The notes beneath the pieces are model-generated. The model was not told the DNA's origin, did not search any database, and worked only from the letters and a program-made list of their open reading frames with translations. Position numbers and translations under genes: made by a program. 64,000 nt of DNA from Syntrophorhabdaceae bacterium (lineage in GTDB: Bacteria; Desulfobacterota; Syntrophorhabdia; Syntrophorhabdales; Syntrophorhabdaceae). This document shows positions 18,064 to 28,410 of the stretch, in pieces (position 1 is the first letter of the stretch; every line of letters begins with the position of its first letter). The stretch is from positions 2,144,001 through 2,208,000 of the forward strand of contig OY762209.1 of NCBI GenBank assembly GCA_963665295.1, in the 5' to 3' direction.

Positions 18064-20318
18064 GAGAGATCCTCCTCCGTGTTGTCCGGTAAGGGGATCC
18101 TCACGGTAAACGTGCTGCCCCCGCCGGCGTTGTTCTCCGCAGAGACATCACCGCCGTGCTTGCCGATGATATCGAGGACGATGCTCAGTCCCAGTCCTGT
18201 GCCCGTGCCCGCCGCCTTTGTGGTAAAAAAGGGCTCGAAGATCCTTTTGAGGGATTCTTCCGGAATACCCGGCCCTTCGTCCCGCACGGAAGCCCAGGCA
18301 AAGCCTCCGTCCTGCCATGTCCGGATTGTAATCTCACCGCCCTGTTCCATGGTCTGGGCGGCATTCATCAGGATGTTCATGAACACCTGGCTCAGTTGCC
18401 CGGGATCGCATACGATGGAAGGTATGACGGCGTATTGTTTGTTGACGGTCACCTTGTATTTCATCTGGTTCCAGACAATCCGGAGCGCCCCGTCAATACA
18501 CGCGTTCAGGTCCGCGGCCGTGTGCCGCCCGTCGTTGCGTGAAAAACCCTTGAGGTCCTGCACGATATGTTCGACCCTGGCCATGCCTTCAACGCATTCC
18601 CCGAGCAAGTCCTCCGAATCCTCAAGGATGCGGTCTATGTTCATATGGCGCCGCGCTTCTTCCACACGGGCCCGTACGCCGTTCCCGGAAGGGGCGTCGT
18701 CCAGTTCCTCGATTGCCTGTGACTGGGCGTCCACGAAGTCCCTGATCCTCCCGAGCCTTCCCCTGAGGGTGTCGAGATTGCTTTTGACGAACCCCGTGGG
18801 ATTGTTGATCTCATGGGCGACCCCGGCCGCCATCTGCCCGAGGAGGGCCATTTTTTCCTGCTTTACGATCCTGACTTCCGATGCCTTCAGTTCGGCATAC
18901 GCCTTCGTAAGCTCCTCGTGCTTGAGGGCAAGTTCTTCCTTGAGCCTGAGCGATTTCACGCCGATAGCGATGTCCCCCGCCACCTGGGTGAGAAAGGCGA
19001 CCTCCTCTTCCTGAAAGGCATGCTTTACCCCGGAGTACGCGGTAAGGTAGCTGAATACCTCCTCTTCGTGCATGAGAGGAAAGGACATCACGGAATGATA
19101 CCCTCTCTTGAGCGCCTCGTCCCGCCACGGGGCGAACATGGGGTCGGTTTCTATATCCTGGACGATGGACGGCTTTGCTGTTTTTACCGATGTGCCGGTG
19201 GGCCCCTTCCCGTATTCCGACGAATCCCATGCGATCTTCACGGAGGAGAGGTACCCGTCCTCGACGCCCGCCCACGCCACGGGCAACACGTAAGGACTTC
19301 CCTGCCGGGCGGAGCCGGCCCATACGAACCGGATGAAACCGACTTCGGCGAGGAGGTCGCAGGCGCTCCGGAGAAGCTCCTTTTCGGTTTCGACCTTGAG
19401 CAGCGATTCAGTGATGTTCTTGACCGCGTAAAGCGCCCTGTCCAGCTTTTCCATCCGTTCCTCGTTGCGTCTCCGGAGGGTGATATCTTCGTAGGTGATG
19501 ACAACCCCTTTGTCTTTGAGGCTGGTGCCGATCCGGGCGCCGCTTGCTCGCAGCAGCAGGTCTCTGCCGTCTTTGTGCCGGAACCGGTGTTCTTCGGACA
19601 AGGTCTTTCTTTTCTCCAACTCGTGGTAAAAATGATTGCCTGTTTCCTCGTATTCCTCATTCGACCGGAAAAGGACCCTCGTTCCCCGGCCGATAAGGTC
19701 TTCCGGCTTCCATCCGAATACCGCTTCCACTGCGTCGTTGGCGAATATGACCGTGCCTTCCTTAAGGCCGAGCACCGCATGGGGAATGGCGCGCAATATG
19801 GACGATCGGACTTCCTCCGCCCGCCTCCGGCCGGTGATCTCCACGCGCAACTCCCTGTTCTTCAGCGCCAGTTCGGCGGTCCTCTCCTTTACCCGCTGTT
19901 TCAGTTCGTTACGGGCTTCGAGAAGGACTTCCTCCATCCGTTTGCGCTCCGTAATGTCGCTGCCGACGCAAAGGATTTCGACGGTCCGCCCTTCTTCATC
20001 CCGGACGGGTTTGTTCGTCCACAGGACCCACACGCGCTCCCCCGTGCGTCGCACGTTTTCGTTTTCGTTTCTCACATAGCGGTCCGGATTCCTTCCTATG
20101 GACCTGATCATGGCGGCCAGCCTTTTGCCGGCCCTGTCGGTAACGGGTACGATGGTGCCCACCACGTTCTTTCCGAGAAGCTCGTCTTTTCCGAAGAGAA
20201 AGAAACCCTCGGCGAAGTCGTTCACAAAGGTGATATTCCCCTCGGTGTCCATGCGAAGGACGATGTTGTTCGCCTTTTCCAATAGGTCCATTTGGCTCGT
20301 CACAGAATCAGCCCGCAC
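18060..20318 (-). CDS. PAS-PAS-GAF sensor histidine kinase (NtrB-like)
   Basis: Two PAS/PAC segments, a GAF domain, and AHEINNP, NILMNA, DEGPG, FEPFFTTK and GTGLGL motifs. Confidence 0.93.
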   Translation of the reverse strand: MRADSVTSQMDLLEKANNIVLRMDTEGNITFVNDFAEGFFLFGKDELLGKNVVGTIVPVTDRAGKRLAAMIRSIGRNPDRYVRNENENVRRTGERVWVLWTNKPVRDEEGRTVEILCVGSDITERKRMEEVLLEARNELKQRVKERTAELALKNRELRVEITGRRRAEEVRSSILRAIPHAVLGLKEGTVIFANDAVEAVFGWKPEDLIGRGTRVLFRSNEEYEETGNHFYHELEKRKTLSEEHRFRHKDGRDLLLRASGARIGTSLKDKGVVITYEDITLRRRNEERMEKLDRALYAVKNITESLLKVETEKELLRSACDLLAEVGFIRFVWAGSARQGSPYVLPVAWAGVEDGYLSSVKIAWDSSEYGKGPTGTSVKTAKPSIVQDIETDPMFAPWRDEALKRGYHSVMSFPLMHEEEVFSYLTAYSGVKHAFQEEEVAFLTQVAGDIAIGVKSLRLKEELALKHEELTKAYAELKASEVRIVKQEKMALLGQMAAGVAHEINNPTGFVKSNLDTLRGRLGRIRDFVDAQSQAIEELDDAPSGNGVRARVEEARRHMNIDRILEDSEDLLGECVEGMARVEHIVQDLKGFSRNDGRHTAADLNACIDGALRIVWNQMKYKVTVNKQYAVIPSIVCDPGQLSQVFMNILMNAAQTMEQGGEITIRTWQDGGFAWASVRDEGPGIPEESLKRIFEPFFTTKAAGTGTGLGLSIVLDIIGKHGGDVSAENNAGGGSTFTVRIPLPDNTEEDLS

Positions 20319-20502
20319 CCTTCCCGTTTTCGGTAAGTCCTTGAAAAGAAAATTCTAATCTTATGAAACGGGAAAAACAATCTTTTTCTCCCCTTCCCGG
20401 ATTTTCAATAAATCTGGGGCTGATAATAAACATTCCACGACAGAAAAGGCGCCGGAAAAAGACGTATAAAGAATGCTGTTGACCAATGAGGAGGTGATGC
20501 AC

Positions 20503-21309
20503 ATGTTCAGATACCCCCACGACGTGGCCGTTGCCCCGGACGGGTTCTATTACGTGGCGGACACATTCAACCACCGCATCCAGAAATTCGACGGCGACGG
20601 CGGCCTTCTCGCCAGGTGGGGCGGGCCGGGCAAGGATGACGAGTTATTCGACACCCCTTCAGGCATCGCGGTGGGACCCGGCGGCTCGGTGTATGTGGCG
20701 GATACCTTCAATCACCGCATCCAGAAATTTGACATGAACGGCAATTTCCTCGCCGGGTGGGGCAGTCTGGGCAGGGGTGAGGGGAGATTCGAATACCTTC
20801 ACGGCATCGCGGTGGGCCCCGACGGCTCGGTGTATGTGGCGGATACCTTCAACCATCGCATCCAGAAATTCGATATGAACGGCAAATTTCTTGGAACATG
20901 GGGAAAAGGGGGCGGAGGCAAGGGCGAATTCACCCTCCCCGCCGGCGTGACCGTGGACCCCGGCGGGTCCGTCTATGTAACCGACACCGAAAGCCACCGC
21001 ATCCAGAAATTCGATATGAACGGGGTCTTTCTTGCAAAATGGGGCAGCCGGGGAAAGGGAGAGAACCAGTTCGAGTCCCCTTACGGCATCGCGGCCGCCC
21101 CCGACGGCTCCGTGTATGTAGCCGATACCTATAACCACCGCATCCAGAAATTCGACACGAAGGGCCGTTTCATCACCTCGTCAGGTTGCGGCGAAGATGG
21201 CAAAAGCCGGTACGATTTTCCCTCGGGCATCGCGGTGGCCCCTGACGGTTCGGTGTACGTGGCGGACACGTTCCACCACCGCATCCACAAAGCCGCCCTC
21301 CCGGAATAG
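20503..21309 (+). CDS. NHL-repeat six-bladed beta-propeller protein
   Basis: Six ~47-aa repeats of the form GIAV.PDGSVYVADTFNHRIQKFD; GAGGAGG RBS. Confidence 0.92.
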   Translation: MFRYPHDVAVAPDGFYYVADTFNHRIQKFDGDGGLLARWGGPGKDDELFDTPSGIAVGPGGSVYVADTFNHRIQKFDMNGNFLAGWGSLGRGEGRFEYLHGIAVGPDGSVYVADTFNHRIQKFDMNGKFLGTWGKGGGGKGEFTLPAGVTVDPGGSVYVTDTESHRIQKFDMNGVFLAKWGSRGKGENQFESPYGIAAAPDGSVYVADTYNHRIQKFDTKGRFITSSGCGEDGKSRYDFPSGIAVAPDGSVYVADTFHHRIHKAALPE

Positions 21310-21600
21310 GGAAGGGCCGTTTAATCTCAACTATTCTCAGCGGCCGGATCCGGTCCTCCCCTCCGGCCGCCCCGCCCCTTAAGAAAGACCGGTCGATCCG
21401 CGCGCCATCCCCGAAAGAGGCCGTGGTGAAAGACAAATAACTTGCCTGATCCGCAAAGAATCGTGGTAGTATGTTGCTGTTTGACAGCCCTGGAGGCGCG
21501 TCTTGAGGCTTGTCCCCGGGGCGGGTTCGTGCAGCCGCCGGCCTTTGAGGCGCCGCGGCCTTCCGCAGGTTGTTCATTTTTTACAAACGGGAGAATTATT

Positions 21601-22869
21601 TTGGCGAAGGATTACGACGGGAAAAAGGCCGTATCGTGGGCCATGTACGACTGGGCGAACTCTGCCTATGCGACGACTGTCATGGCGGGGTTCTTCCCCA
21701 TCTTTTTCAAACAGTATTGGAGTACGGGAATAGATGCCCACGTGAGCACCTTCCATCTCGGCTCGGCCAATTCGGTGGCGAGCATCACCGTCGCCCTTCT
21801 TGCCCCCGTGCTCGGGTTTGTGGCCGACCGTGGGGGCGTCAAGAAGAAGTTCCTTTTTTTCTTTCTCATGCTGGGTGTCATCTTTACGGGCTCCCTCAGC
21901 TTTGTGGGTAAGGGAGAGTGGGGCATCGCCTCGGTCTGTTACGCCCTTGCCACTATCGGTTTTGCGGGGGGTAACGTGTTCTACGACTCCCTCATTGTGG
22001 GTGTTGCGAGGAAGGAAAAGATGGATTTCGTGTCCGCCCTGGGCTATTCCCTGGGATACCTCGGTGGCGGCGTGCTTTTCGGACTGAACGTGTGGATGAC
22101 CCTCGACCCGGGAAGGTTCGGACTGGTGGGCGCGACAGAGGCCGTAAAGGCGTCCTTTCTCATTGTTGCCGCCTGGTGGGCGCTTTTCTCCCTGCCGTTG
22201 TTTCTCTTCGTTCCGGAGCCCGTGGGCGAGGGAGGAAGCGGGGGGTTCAAAGCCGTCAAGGCGGGATTCACCCAGTTGGGCTCGGCCTTTCAGGAGATTC
22301 GGAAGGTGCGGGTCGCCTTCCTTTTTCTTATAGGGTATTGGCTCTATATCGACGGGGTGGACACGGTGGTGCTCATGGCGGTCGACTACGGCATGTCCCT
22401 GGGATTTGAATCGAGCACCCTTATCATGGCCCTCCTCATCACGCAGTTCGTCGGTTTCCCCGCCGCCATAGCCTTCGGCAAGATAGGGGAGAAGATGGGC
22501 ACGAAGACGGGCATCTTCATAGGACTTGCCGTGTATGTGCTCGTCACGATCTGGGGATTCTTCATGGAGCATGAGCGGGAGTTCTATATCCTCGCGGTGG
22601 CCATAGGCCTGGTCCAGGGCGGGGTCCAGTCCCTGAGCAGGTCGTTTTACGCAAAACTCATCCCGAAAGAGAGCGCCGCCGAGTTTTTCGGTTTCTACAA
22701 TATGCTCGGAAAGTTCGCGGCGGTTATCGGTCCTTTCCTGATGGGCTGGGTGAGCGTGGCGACAGGGAATGCGCGATATTCCATACTGGCGATAGTAGTC
22801 CTTTTTATCGCAGGCGGGGCAGTGCTCTACACGGTGCCGGCCAGGAGAAACGGCGAACAATCCGGCTAG
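21601..22869 (+). CDS. MFS transporter (UMF1/Atg22-like)
   Basis: WAMYDWANSAY, NVFYDS, QSLSRS and EFFGFY motifs. TTG start after GGGAG. Confidence 0.9.
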   Translation: MAKDYDGKKAVSWAMYDWANSAYATTVMAGFFPIFFKQYWSTGIDAHVSTFHLGSANSVASITVALLAPVLGFVADRGGVKKKFLFFFLMLGVIFTGSLSFVGKGEWGIASVCYALATIGFAGGNVFYDSLIVGVARKEKMDFVSALGYSLGYLGGGVLFGLNVWMTLDPGRFGLVGATEAVKASFLIVAAWWALFSLPLFLFVPEPVGEGGSGGFKAVKAGFTQLGSAFQEIRKVRVAFLFLIGYWLYIDGVDTVVLMAVDYGMSLGFESSTLIMALLITQFVGFPAAIAFGKIGEKMGTKTGIFIGLAVYVLVTIWGFFMEHEREFYILAVAIGLVQGGVQSLSRSFYAKLIPKESAAEFFGFYNMLGKFAAVIGPFLMGWVSVATGNARYSILAIVVLFIAGGAVLYTVPARRNGEQSG

Positions 22870-24974
22870 AGCATATCCTTGAGCCTCATATAGTCGATTT
22901 TTCCCGTGCCGAGCTTGGGCAGGTCTTTTATAAAGCGGATATCCCTTGGGACCGCGAGGTCCGAGAATCCTTTCCCTTTCAGTGTCTCACGGACGGCCTT
23001 CATTTCTCCCTGAGGGCTGTTCGTTGCAATGATCAGCCGCTCTCCCTTGTGCTCGTCCGCGATGGCGAGGACCACAATGTCCTTCCTTTCGCCGAACAGT
23101 CCGTGGAGGGATTCTTCTACGGCAGTGAGGGATATCATCTCCCCGCTGATCTTCGCGAACCGTTTCAGCCTGCCCACTATTTTCAGGAACCCCTTTTCGG
23201 TAAACTCGACCATGTCGCCCGTATCGTACCAGCCTTCATCTTCGACGAGGTACTTCCGGTTGGCCGCCTCGTTCTTGAGGTAACCCTTCATCACGTTCTT
23301 GCCCCGAACGAAGAGCTTGCCCACGGTCCCGTCCTTGTCGTCTATGCCCGCCACGGCAACGAGTTTGTATTCCATTCCGGGCAGGACCTTCCCCACGGTC
23401 CCGTATTCGTGTTCGAGGGCGCTCGCGATACTCACGATGGGCGAGCATTCGGTGGCCCCGTAGCCCGACATGACACGAATCCCGTAGACTCTCGCGTACC
23501 GGTCGAAAACGGCTTCACTCAGGGGTTCCGCACCTGAGAAGATGTAGCGCATGGAGTAGAAGTCATAGGGGTTCGCACGCTTGCTGTAGCCGTTAAGGAA
23601 CGTGTTGGTCCCCATGAGGATTGTGCAGTTTTCCTGATAGGCGATCTCAGGGATGATGCGATAGTGAAGGGGGTTGACGTAAAGAAAGGCCTTCGCCCCG
23701 GCGAACATGGGAATGATTATCCCCACCGTGAGACCGAAGCTGTGAAAGATGGGAAGGGCATTGAGGATATAGTCGTTTTCCCTCACGTCTATCCTTGAGA
23801 GGGCCTGGTGAACGTTGGTGATGATGTTCTCATGGGAAAGGCAGACGCCCTTGGGCACGCCTTCGGACCCGGACGTAAAGAGAATGCACGCAGTCTCCTT
23901 ATGCTCGCCGGGCTCCATCCGGGCGTGGCCGCCGGGGAAAAGGGACCTCAAGACCCCCCGGACCTTCGCCCCCGGGCCGATCTCCTTCTGCAGGTCTTCG
24001 AGATATACGACGCGCCGTCCCGCAAATACGGAATCGGAGAGCTTTATCCTTTGAAGAAACTGCCTGGAGCTGACTATGGTATTCAGATCGGCAAGGTCCA
24101 TGGCATGGGCAAGGGCACCGGGGCCGCTCGCGTAGTTGAGCATTGCGGGGGTTTTGCGGTAAACCTGGAGTCCCATGAGGATCAAGGCGGTGACGGTGAG
24201 GTTGGGGAGCATGATGCCTACGTTCTTGTCTCCCCATCGGGACAAATACCGGCCCAGCACGAAGGCACCTTTAAGGGCTTTGCCGTAGCTCACCGCTTTT
24301 CCCGTGGAGTCCTTGAAGAGGATCTTCCTGCGGTGTTCTTTGCACAGCCTCAGGAAGCTGCTTCCCAGGGTGGCAGGTTTGTCGTGGGCTTCCACATACA
24401 TCTCGGAAAGCATCCGGTAGATCTTCCGCGTCGCCTCCTCCTTGCGGGCCCGGGCCGGCAGATGGTCGAGGTTGATCGGCTCCCGGACTTTGCCGATGGT
24501 CATGGTAACGGGGGCAAAGAGACGCCTGCCGGGATGCCTTGGCGCCGCCCGTGTGGCGTACACGTTTCCGAGGTGTATGGGGAGTATGGGGGCCCCGGTC
24601 CTCAGAGCGGCGAACCCCGTACCCTCGTATATCTTCATGAGGCTGCCGGTGCGGGTCATGCGGCCTTCGGGAAAGATGAGGAGAGGCGTGCCCTCCCTCA
24701 CCTTGCGGATTACCTCCTTCAGTGAATAGGGGCTCATGGAGTCGATTTGAACGGTGTACCTGTTCTGCATGAAGGGCCGGTAGGCGAACTTCCGGGCGAC
24801 CGTCCGGTCCACAATGATCTTGAAGGGCAGCTTGAGGTAGGTCCAGATAAGGAGGCCGTCGATAAGGGAAGCATGGTTGGCTATGACGATGAGTCTGTCG
24901 AATGCCCGGGGGACGTTTTCCATACCCTCCACCCTGATCCGATGGACCAGGCGGAAGTAGAGCTTGAAAAGCAT
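22866..24974 (-). CDS. aas: Bifunctional acyltransferase / acyl-ACP synthetase (Aas-like)
   Basis: NHASLID and FPEGR (PlsC-type); FTSGSEGVPKG, GYGATE, WYDTGD and LGTGK (AMP-binding). Confidence 0.88.
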   Translation of the reverse strand: MLFKLYFRLVHRIRVEGMENVPRAFDRLIVIANHASLIDGLLIWTYLKLPFKIIVDRTVARKFAYRPFMQNRYTVQIDSMSPYSLKEVIRKVREGTPLLIFPEGRMTRTGSLMKIYEGTGFAALRTGAPILPIHLGNVYATRAAPRHPGRRLFAPVTMTIGKVREPINLDHLPARARKEEATRKIYRMLSEMYVEAHDKPATLGSSFLRLCKEHRRKILFKDSTGKAVSYGKALKGAFVLGRYLSRWGDKNVGIMLPNLTVTALILMGLQVYRKTPAMLNYASGPGALAHAMDLADLNTIVSSRQFLQRIKLSDSVFAGRRVVYLEDLQKEIGPGAKVRGVLRSLFPGGHARMEPGEHKETACILFTSGSEGVPKGVCLSHENIITNVHQALSRIDVRENDYILNALPIFHSFGLTVGIIIPMFAGAKAFLYVNPLHYRIIPEIAYQENCTILMGTNTFLNGYSKRANPYDFYSMRYIFSGAEPLSEAVFDRYARVYGIRVMSGYGATECSPIVSIASALEHEYGTVGKVLPGMEYKLVAVAGIDDKDGTVGKLFVRGKNVMKGYLKNEAANRKYLVEDEGWYDTGDMVEFTEKGFLKIVGRLKRFAKISGEMISLTAVEESLHGLFGERKDIVVLAIADEHKGERLIIATNSPQGEMKAVRETLKGKGFSDLAVPRDIRFIKDLPKLGTGKIDYMRLKDML

Positions 24975-25044
24975 CCTTGCCCCTTCCCGGAAGAGGCTGA
25001 AGGCAAAAGAGTCGGCCGGGCCTTTCGCGGGACCCGGGGGTTCG

Positions 25045-25797
25045 TTACCGCCCTTCATGGGACCCTTTCTTCATCTTTCCGGCCCTCTGCCTTCGGGCCT
25101 CGTAAACCGCGGCGGCTACCGACGTGGCGAGGTTCAGGGAACGGAAGGTCTCTGCAGTAGGTATGCGGAGAATGACGTCGCATTTTGCCCGTGTCAGCCT
25201 CCTCAAACCGCTTTCCCTGCCGAAGACGAGGCAGACGGAACCCGACAGGTCGGCGTCCCACACGGGGCTTTCACCCTCCTCATCGAGACCGTAGCAGAAT
25301 ACGCCCGCATCCTTTAACTCATCGAGGTACCTGGCAAGGTTGGTAACCCTCACGATGTTCGCATGGGTGAGCGCCCCTTTCGCGACACGCCCGACTGTTT
25401 CCGTCACTCCGCACGATTTCTCCCTAGGCATGATCAGGGCATTCACCTCGAAACAGGCCGTGCTCCGGACGATATTACCGAAATTCTGTGGGTCGTAGAT
25501 ACCGTCAAAGGCGCAGACCAAAGGGTTGGCCACGGCAGAGAGTCCTTTCAGGAAGACATCCTGATCGGTATAGGAGAACTCCTCCGTTTCGAGACAGACA
25601 TGACATTTCTCTCCCTTGCACTGCCTCCGGAACAGGTCGTCGGGAAGGACTTTGAAGGAAACGCCCTGCTTCTTTGCCTCTTTGATAATCGCTTCGGAGA
25701 CCCTCTCAAACCCTTTTTCGATGGAGAGCCTGCGGACCGTCTCGGGACGGCCCGACATGGCGGCGAGGATACTCTCCTTATCCGTGAGAAGCGGCAT
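25045..25797 (-). CDS. rlmB: 23S rRNA (guanosine-2'-O)-methyltransferase, SPOUT family
   Basis: DPQNFGNIVRS, FGRESG and SLNLA motifs. Confidence 0.85.
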   Translation of the reverse strand: MPLLTDKESILAAMSGRPETVRRLSIEKGFERVSEAIIKEAKKQGVSFKVLPDDLFRRQCKGEKCHVCLETEEFSYTDQDVFLKGLSAVANPLVCAFDGIYDPQNFGNIVRSTACFEVNALIMPREKSCGVTETVGRVAKGALTHANIVRVTNLARYLDELKDAGVFCYGLDEEGESPVWDADLSGSVCLVFGRESGLRRLTRAKCDVILRIPTAETFRSLNLATSVAAAVYEARRQRAGKMKKGSHEGR

Positions 25798-26506
25798 CGC
25801 CTATATCCTTTATTATACGGGTCAGCAGCTCCTTCGGGTTGTCGCCGGCCGTCACCGTCCGGCCGAGGACGATATAGGTGGCCCCCCGTTCAATTGCTTC
25901 CCTTGGGGTGACGGTCCTTCGCTGATCATCCTTCTTCTTGTCGTCCACCCTTACGCCGGGGGTGACAATGGCAAAGTCCCTGCCGCACGATTCCCGGATC
26001 ATCTCGATGTCCTGTCCGCTTGCCACCACGCCGTCCAGCCCCGCCTCGAGGGCAAGTTGGGCGAGCCGTTTCGTGAGGTCGTGGGCGGATAGCTGGAAAC
26101 CGACCCGCGCGAGCTCGGCGTCGTCGAGACTCGTGAGGACCGTGACCCCGATAATCCTGGGCCGCGGGGCGTGGATCTCTTTCGCCGCGCCGCGCAAGGC
26201 CGTCTGCGCCTCTCTCATCATGGTGAGCCCTCCCGAGGCATGGACGTTCAGCATGTCCACACCGAGCTTCAGGGCCTCCACCGACGCCTTCGACACCGTG
26301 TTGGGTATGTCATGGTACTTCAAATCGAGAAAAACCTTTGATTCCTTCAGTTTTATAAAGTCCACTATCTTGGGGCCGCAATGGGTGAAAAGCTGCTTGC
26401 CGACCTTGAACATGCCCACGTGGTCTTTGAACTCGAGGACGAGCCTCTGGGCTTCCTCGAAATGGTCCACGTCGAGGGCAAGAATGATCTTCTCTTTCGG
26501 GTCCAT
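25778..26506 (-). CDS. pyrF: Orotidine-5'-phosphate decarboxylase
   Basis: IILALD, FLDLKYHDIPNTV, GVTVLTS, VTPGVR and DDQRR motifs; AAGGAGG RBS. Confidence 0.97.
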   Translation of the reverse strand: MDPKEKIILALDVDHFEEAQRLVLEFKDHVGMFKVGKQLFTHCGPKIVDFIKLKESKVFLDLKYHDIPNTVSKASVEALKLGVDMLNVHASGGLTMMREAQTALRGAAKEIHAPRPRIIGVTVLTSLDDAELARVGFQLSAHDLTKRLAQLALEAGLDGVVASGQDIEMIRESCGRDFAIVTPGVRVDDKKKDDQRRTVTPREAIERGATYIVLGRTVTAGDNPKELLTRIIKDIGDAASHG

Positions 26507-26666
26507 AAACACCTCCTTATTATAATCGGCGGCGCACAGGTAAAATCGCCACAAATTCTTTTACCCTTTTTCCTGCCGGAAGTAAAGAAACCGGCCCCCC
26601 CGGAAGCCTCTTCGGAAGGGCTGCGCACTTTCCGAACAAAAAGATTAAATTCTTTTAATTATTTGC

Positions 26667-26695
26667 TTGACAAAAATTCGAGGCGTTGCTATAAA
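26667..26695 (+). promoter_or_regulatory. Sigma70 promoter of the porin gene
   Basis: TTGACA-17 nt-TATAAA with an AT-rich upstream tract. Confidence 0.7.
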
Positions 26696-26765
26696 ATTAA
26701 AAAAGTTTAATAAAAGGAGGTGGAGTATTCTTAAAAGGATTCACCAAATCAAAAAGGAGGCAGGA

Positions 26766-28211
26766 ATGAAGAAGACTGTTATCGTATTACTTGCATTATT
26801 TCTTGCTTTGCCGGCAGTCAGCTTCGCCGGCAGCGCAACAAGCCGGTGGGACATGACAATCGGCGGTTATGTAAAGTTTGACATGGGTTGGGGAAGTCAG
26901 GCGCAGGGTCAGGATGCATATCTTGCCCAGAGAGCCGGAACAAGCACCGACTATTATGCAGACAAGAACGGAAACTTCTATGGGTACGCCGGTGAGACAA
27001 GACTTAACTTCCTCACCAGAGGACCCGATGCTTGGGGCGCAAAGACATCCGCCTTTGTCGAAGGTCATTTCAGGGGCGACTCAACCTCCAGCAGCACTAC
27101 CGGCACAGTCAACGTAGCAGCCGCCGGCGCACCTGCGGACTGGCGTACGACGACAAACGCCACCAACACCAGCAACCAGGGTGGCTTTGCTCTGAGACAT
27201 GCCTTCATGCAGTTCGACTGGCCTTCGACCAAGTTGATCATTGGTCAGACCTGGCAGAAGTGGGGACTCCTTCCTACCTTTGCAAACACCCTTCTCGAGT
27301 ATAACGGCCTCGGCCCCTTCCTTAAGGGCTCCAGGCAGCCTCTCGTAAGAGTGGAGCAGACCTTCGCCAAGAACTGGAACTGGGCGGCAAGCGTTATCTC
27401 CCCCACGAACACCCTCGGCGGAAACAACCAGAACGGCGCGGGCGCAGTTGATACCTACACGACGAGCCAGTATCCCTTCTTCGAAGGTTCCGTAGGTTGG
27501 ACCTCCGACAAGTGCGGCAACATCGGTCCGTGGCAGATGCTCTTCAATTTGGAAGGCTTTTACGGCAAACAGAAACAGTCAGATCCCGGCTGGAGCGCAA
27601 ACCAGGGCGGCGTCAACATCAACTGGCTCAACTCAGCCAACTTCCAGACCTCCAACGTGGATGCCTGGGGTATCGCATTCAAGGGTTTCATTCCTGTAAT
27701 TCCTGAGAAGAAAGGCAACAAGAAGGGCGCCCTCGGCGTATCAGGCGTTGTCTTCTATGCCCAGAACCCCGGTTGGTATCAGGGTCCTGTAACCGCCGTT
27801 TCCTATAACTCCCAGAGTTCAGTAACAGCAGCCACAACATGGAACTCATATCATGCACCTACAACTTACGGTGGATGGGGACAGGTTTCTTATTACCTCA
27901 CCGACAAACTGTATGTGAACGGCTGGTACGGCTATATGTCCAACAACTACAGCCAGAATTTCACGAACTTCGCCAACACGGGAACAAACGGCTGGGCCCT
28001 TTCAGGCCAGGTATCGAACACGACTCAGTACATCTTGAACGTATCCTACGACGTGAATGCAGCCATCAGGTTCGGTCTTGAGGGCGCTTATTTCAACACC
28101 CGTTATCTTACTTACGGGCAGAACCCCTTCAACCAGAGCGCAAGTGGTTACAACACTCAGAAAGACGGCTCCTACTATACGGTCAGAGTCGGCGCGTACT
28201 ACTTCTTCTAA
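26766..28211 (+). CDS. Outer-membrane beta-barrel porin (DcaP-like)
   Basis: Sec signal peptide; GGYVKFD, TRLNF, FVEGHF, FALRHAF and GQTW motifs; C-terminal aromatic YYFF. Confidence 0.82.
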   Translation: MKKTVIVLLALFLALPAVSFAGSATSRWDMTIGGYVKFDMGWGSQAQGQDAYLAQRAGTSTDYYADKNGNFYGYAGETRLNFLTRGPDAWGAKTSAFVEGHFRGDSTSSSTTGTVNVAAAGAPADWRTTTNATNTSNQGGFALRHAFMQFDWPSTKLIIGQTWQKWGLLPTFANTLLEYNGLGPFLKGSRQPLVRVEQTFAKNWNWAASVISPTNTLGGNNQNGAGAVDTYTTSQYPFFEGSVGWTSDKCGNIGPWQMLFNLEGFYGKQKQSDPGWSANQGGVNINWLNSANFQTSNVDAWGIAFKGFIPVIPEKKGNKKGALGVSGVVFYAQNPGWYQGPVTAVSYNSQSSVTAATTWNSYHAPTTYGGWGQVSYYLTDKLYVNGWYGYMSNNYSQNFTNFANTGTNGWALSGQVSNTTQYILNVSYDVNAAIRFGLEGAYFNTRYLTYGQNPFNQSASGYNTQKDGSYYTVRVGAYYFF

Positions 28212-28234
28212 GAAGAGCGTAATTCAGCCACATC

Positions 28235-28261
28235 GGGGAGGCGAAAGCCTCCCCTTTTTTT
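28235..28261 (+). terminator. Rho-independent terminator
   Basis: GGGGAGGC-GAAA-GCCTCCCC followed by T7. Confidence 0.92.
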
Positions 28262-28367
28262 GTCCTGTGCCCCGGGGGCTGAACCAGGGAAGACCGTTCC
28301 CCATGGGTGTTGCGGATAGGGCGCCGTTCCGGACCGGGCTTTTGTGCATGTTCCCCGCGGTTGTCTG

Positions 28368-28397
28368 TTGACACTGCGGGATATTTTTTGCTAAGCT
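28368..28397 (+). promoter_or_regulatory. Putative tRNA promoter
   Basis: TTGACA-18 nt-TAAGCT with an extended TG. Confidence 0.5.
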
Positions 28398-28410
28398 CTA
28401 CTTCAGATAG

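Noticed and set aside
18813..20285. Long antisense ORFs (also 21574-22860, 53600-54931, 54801-56111)
   Set aside because: Shadow frames opposite well-supported genes in GC-rich DNA, with no recognisable motifs.
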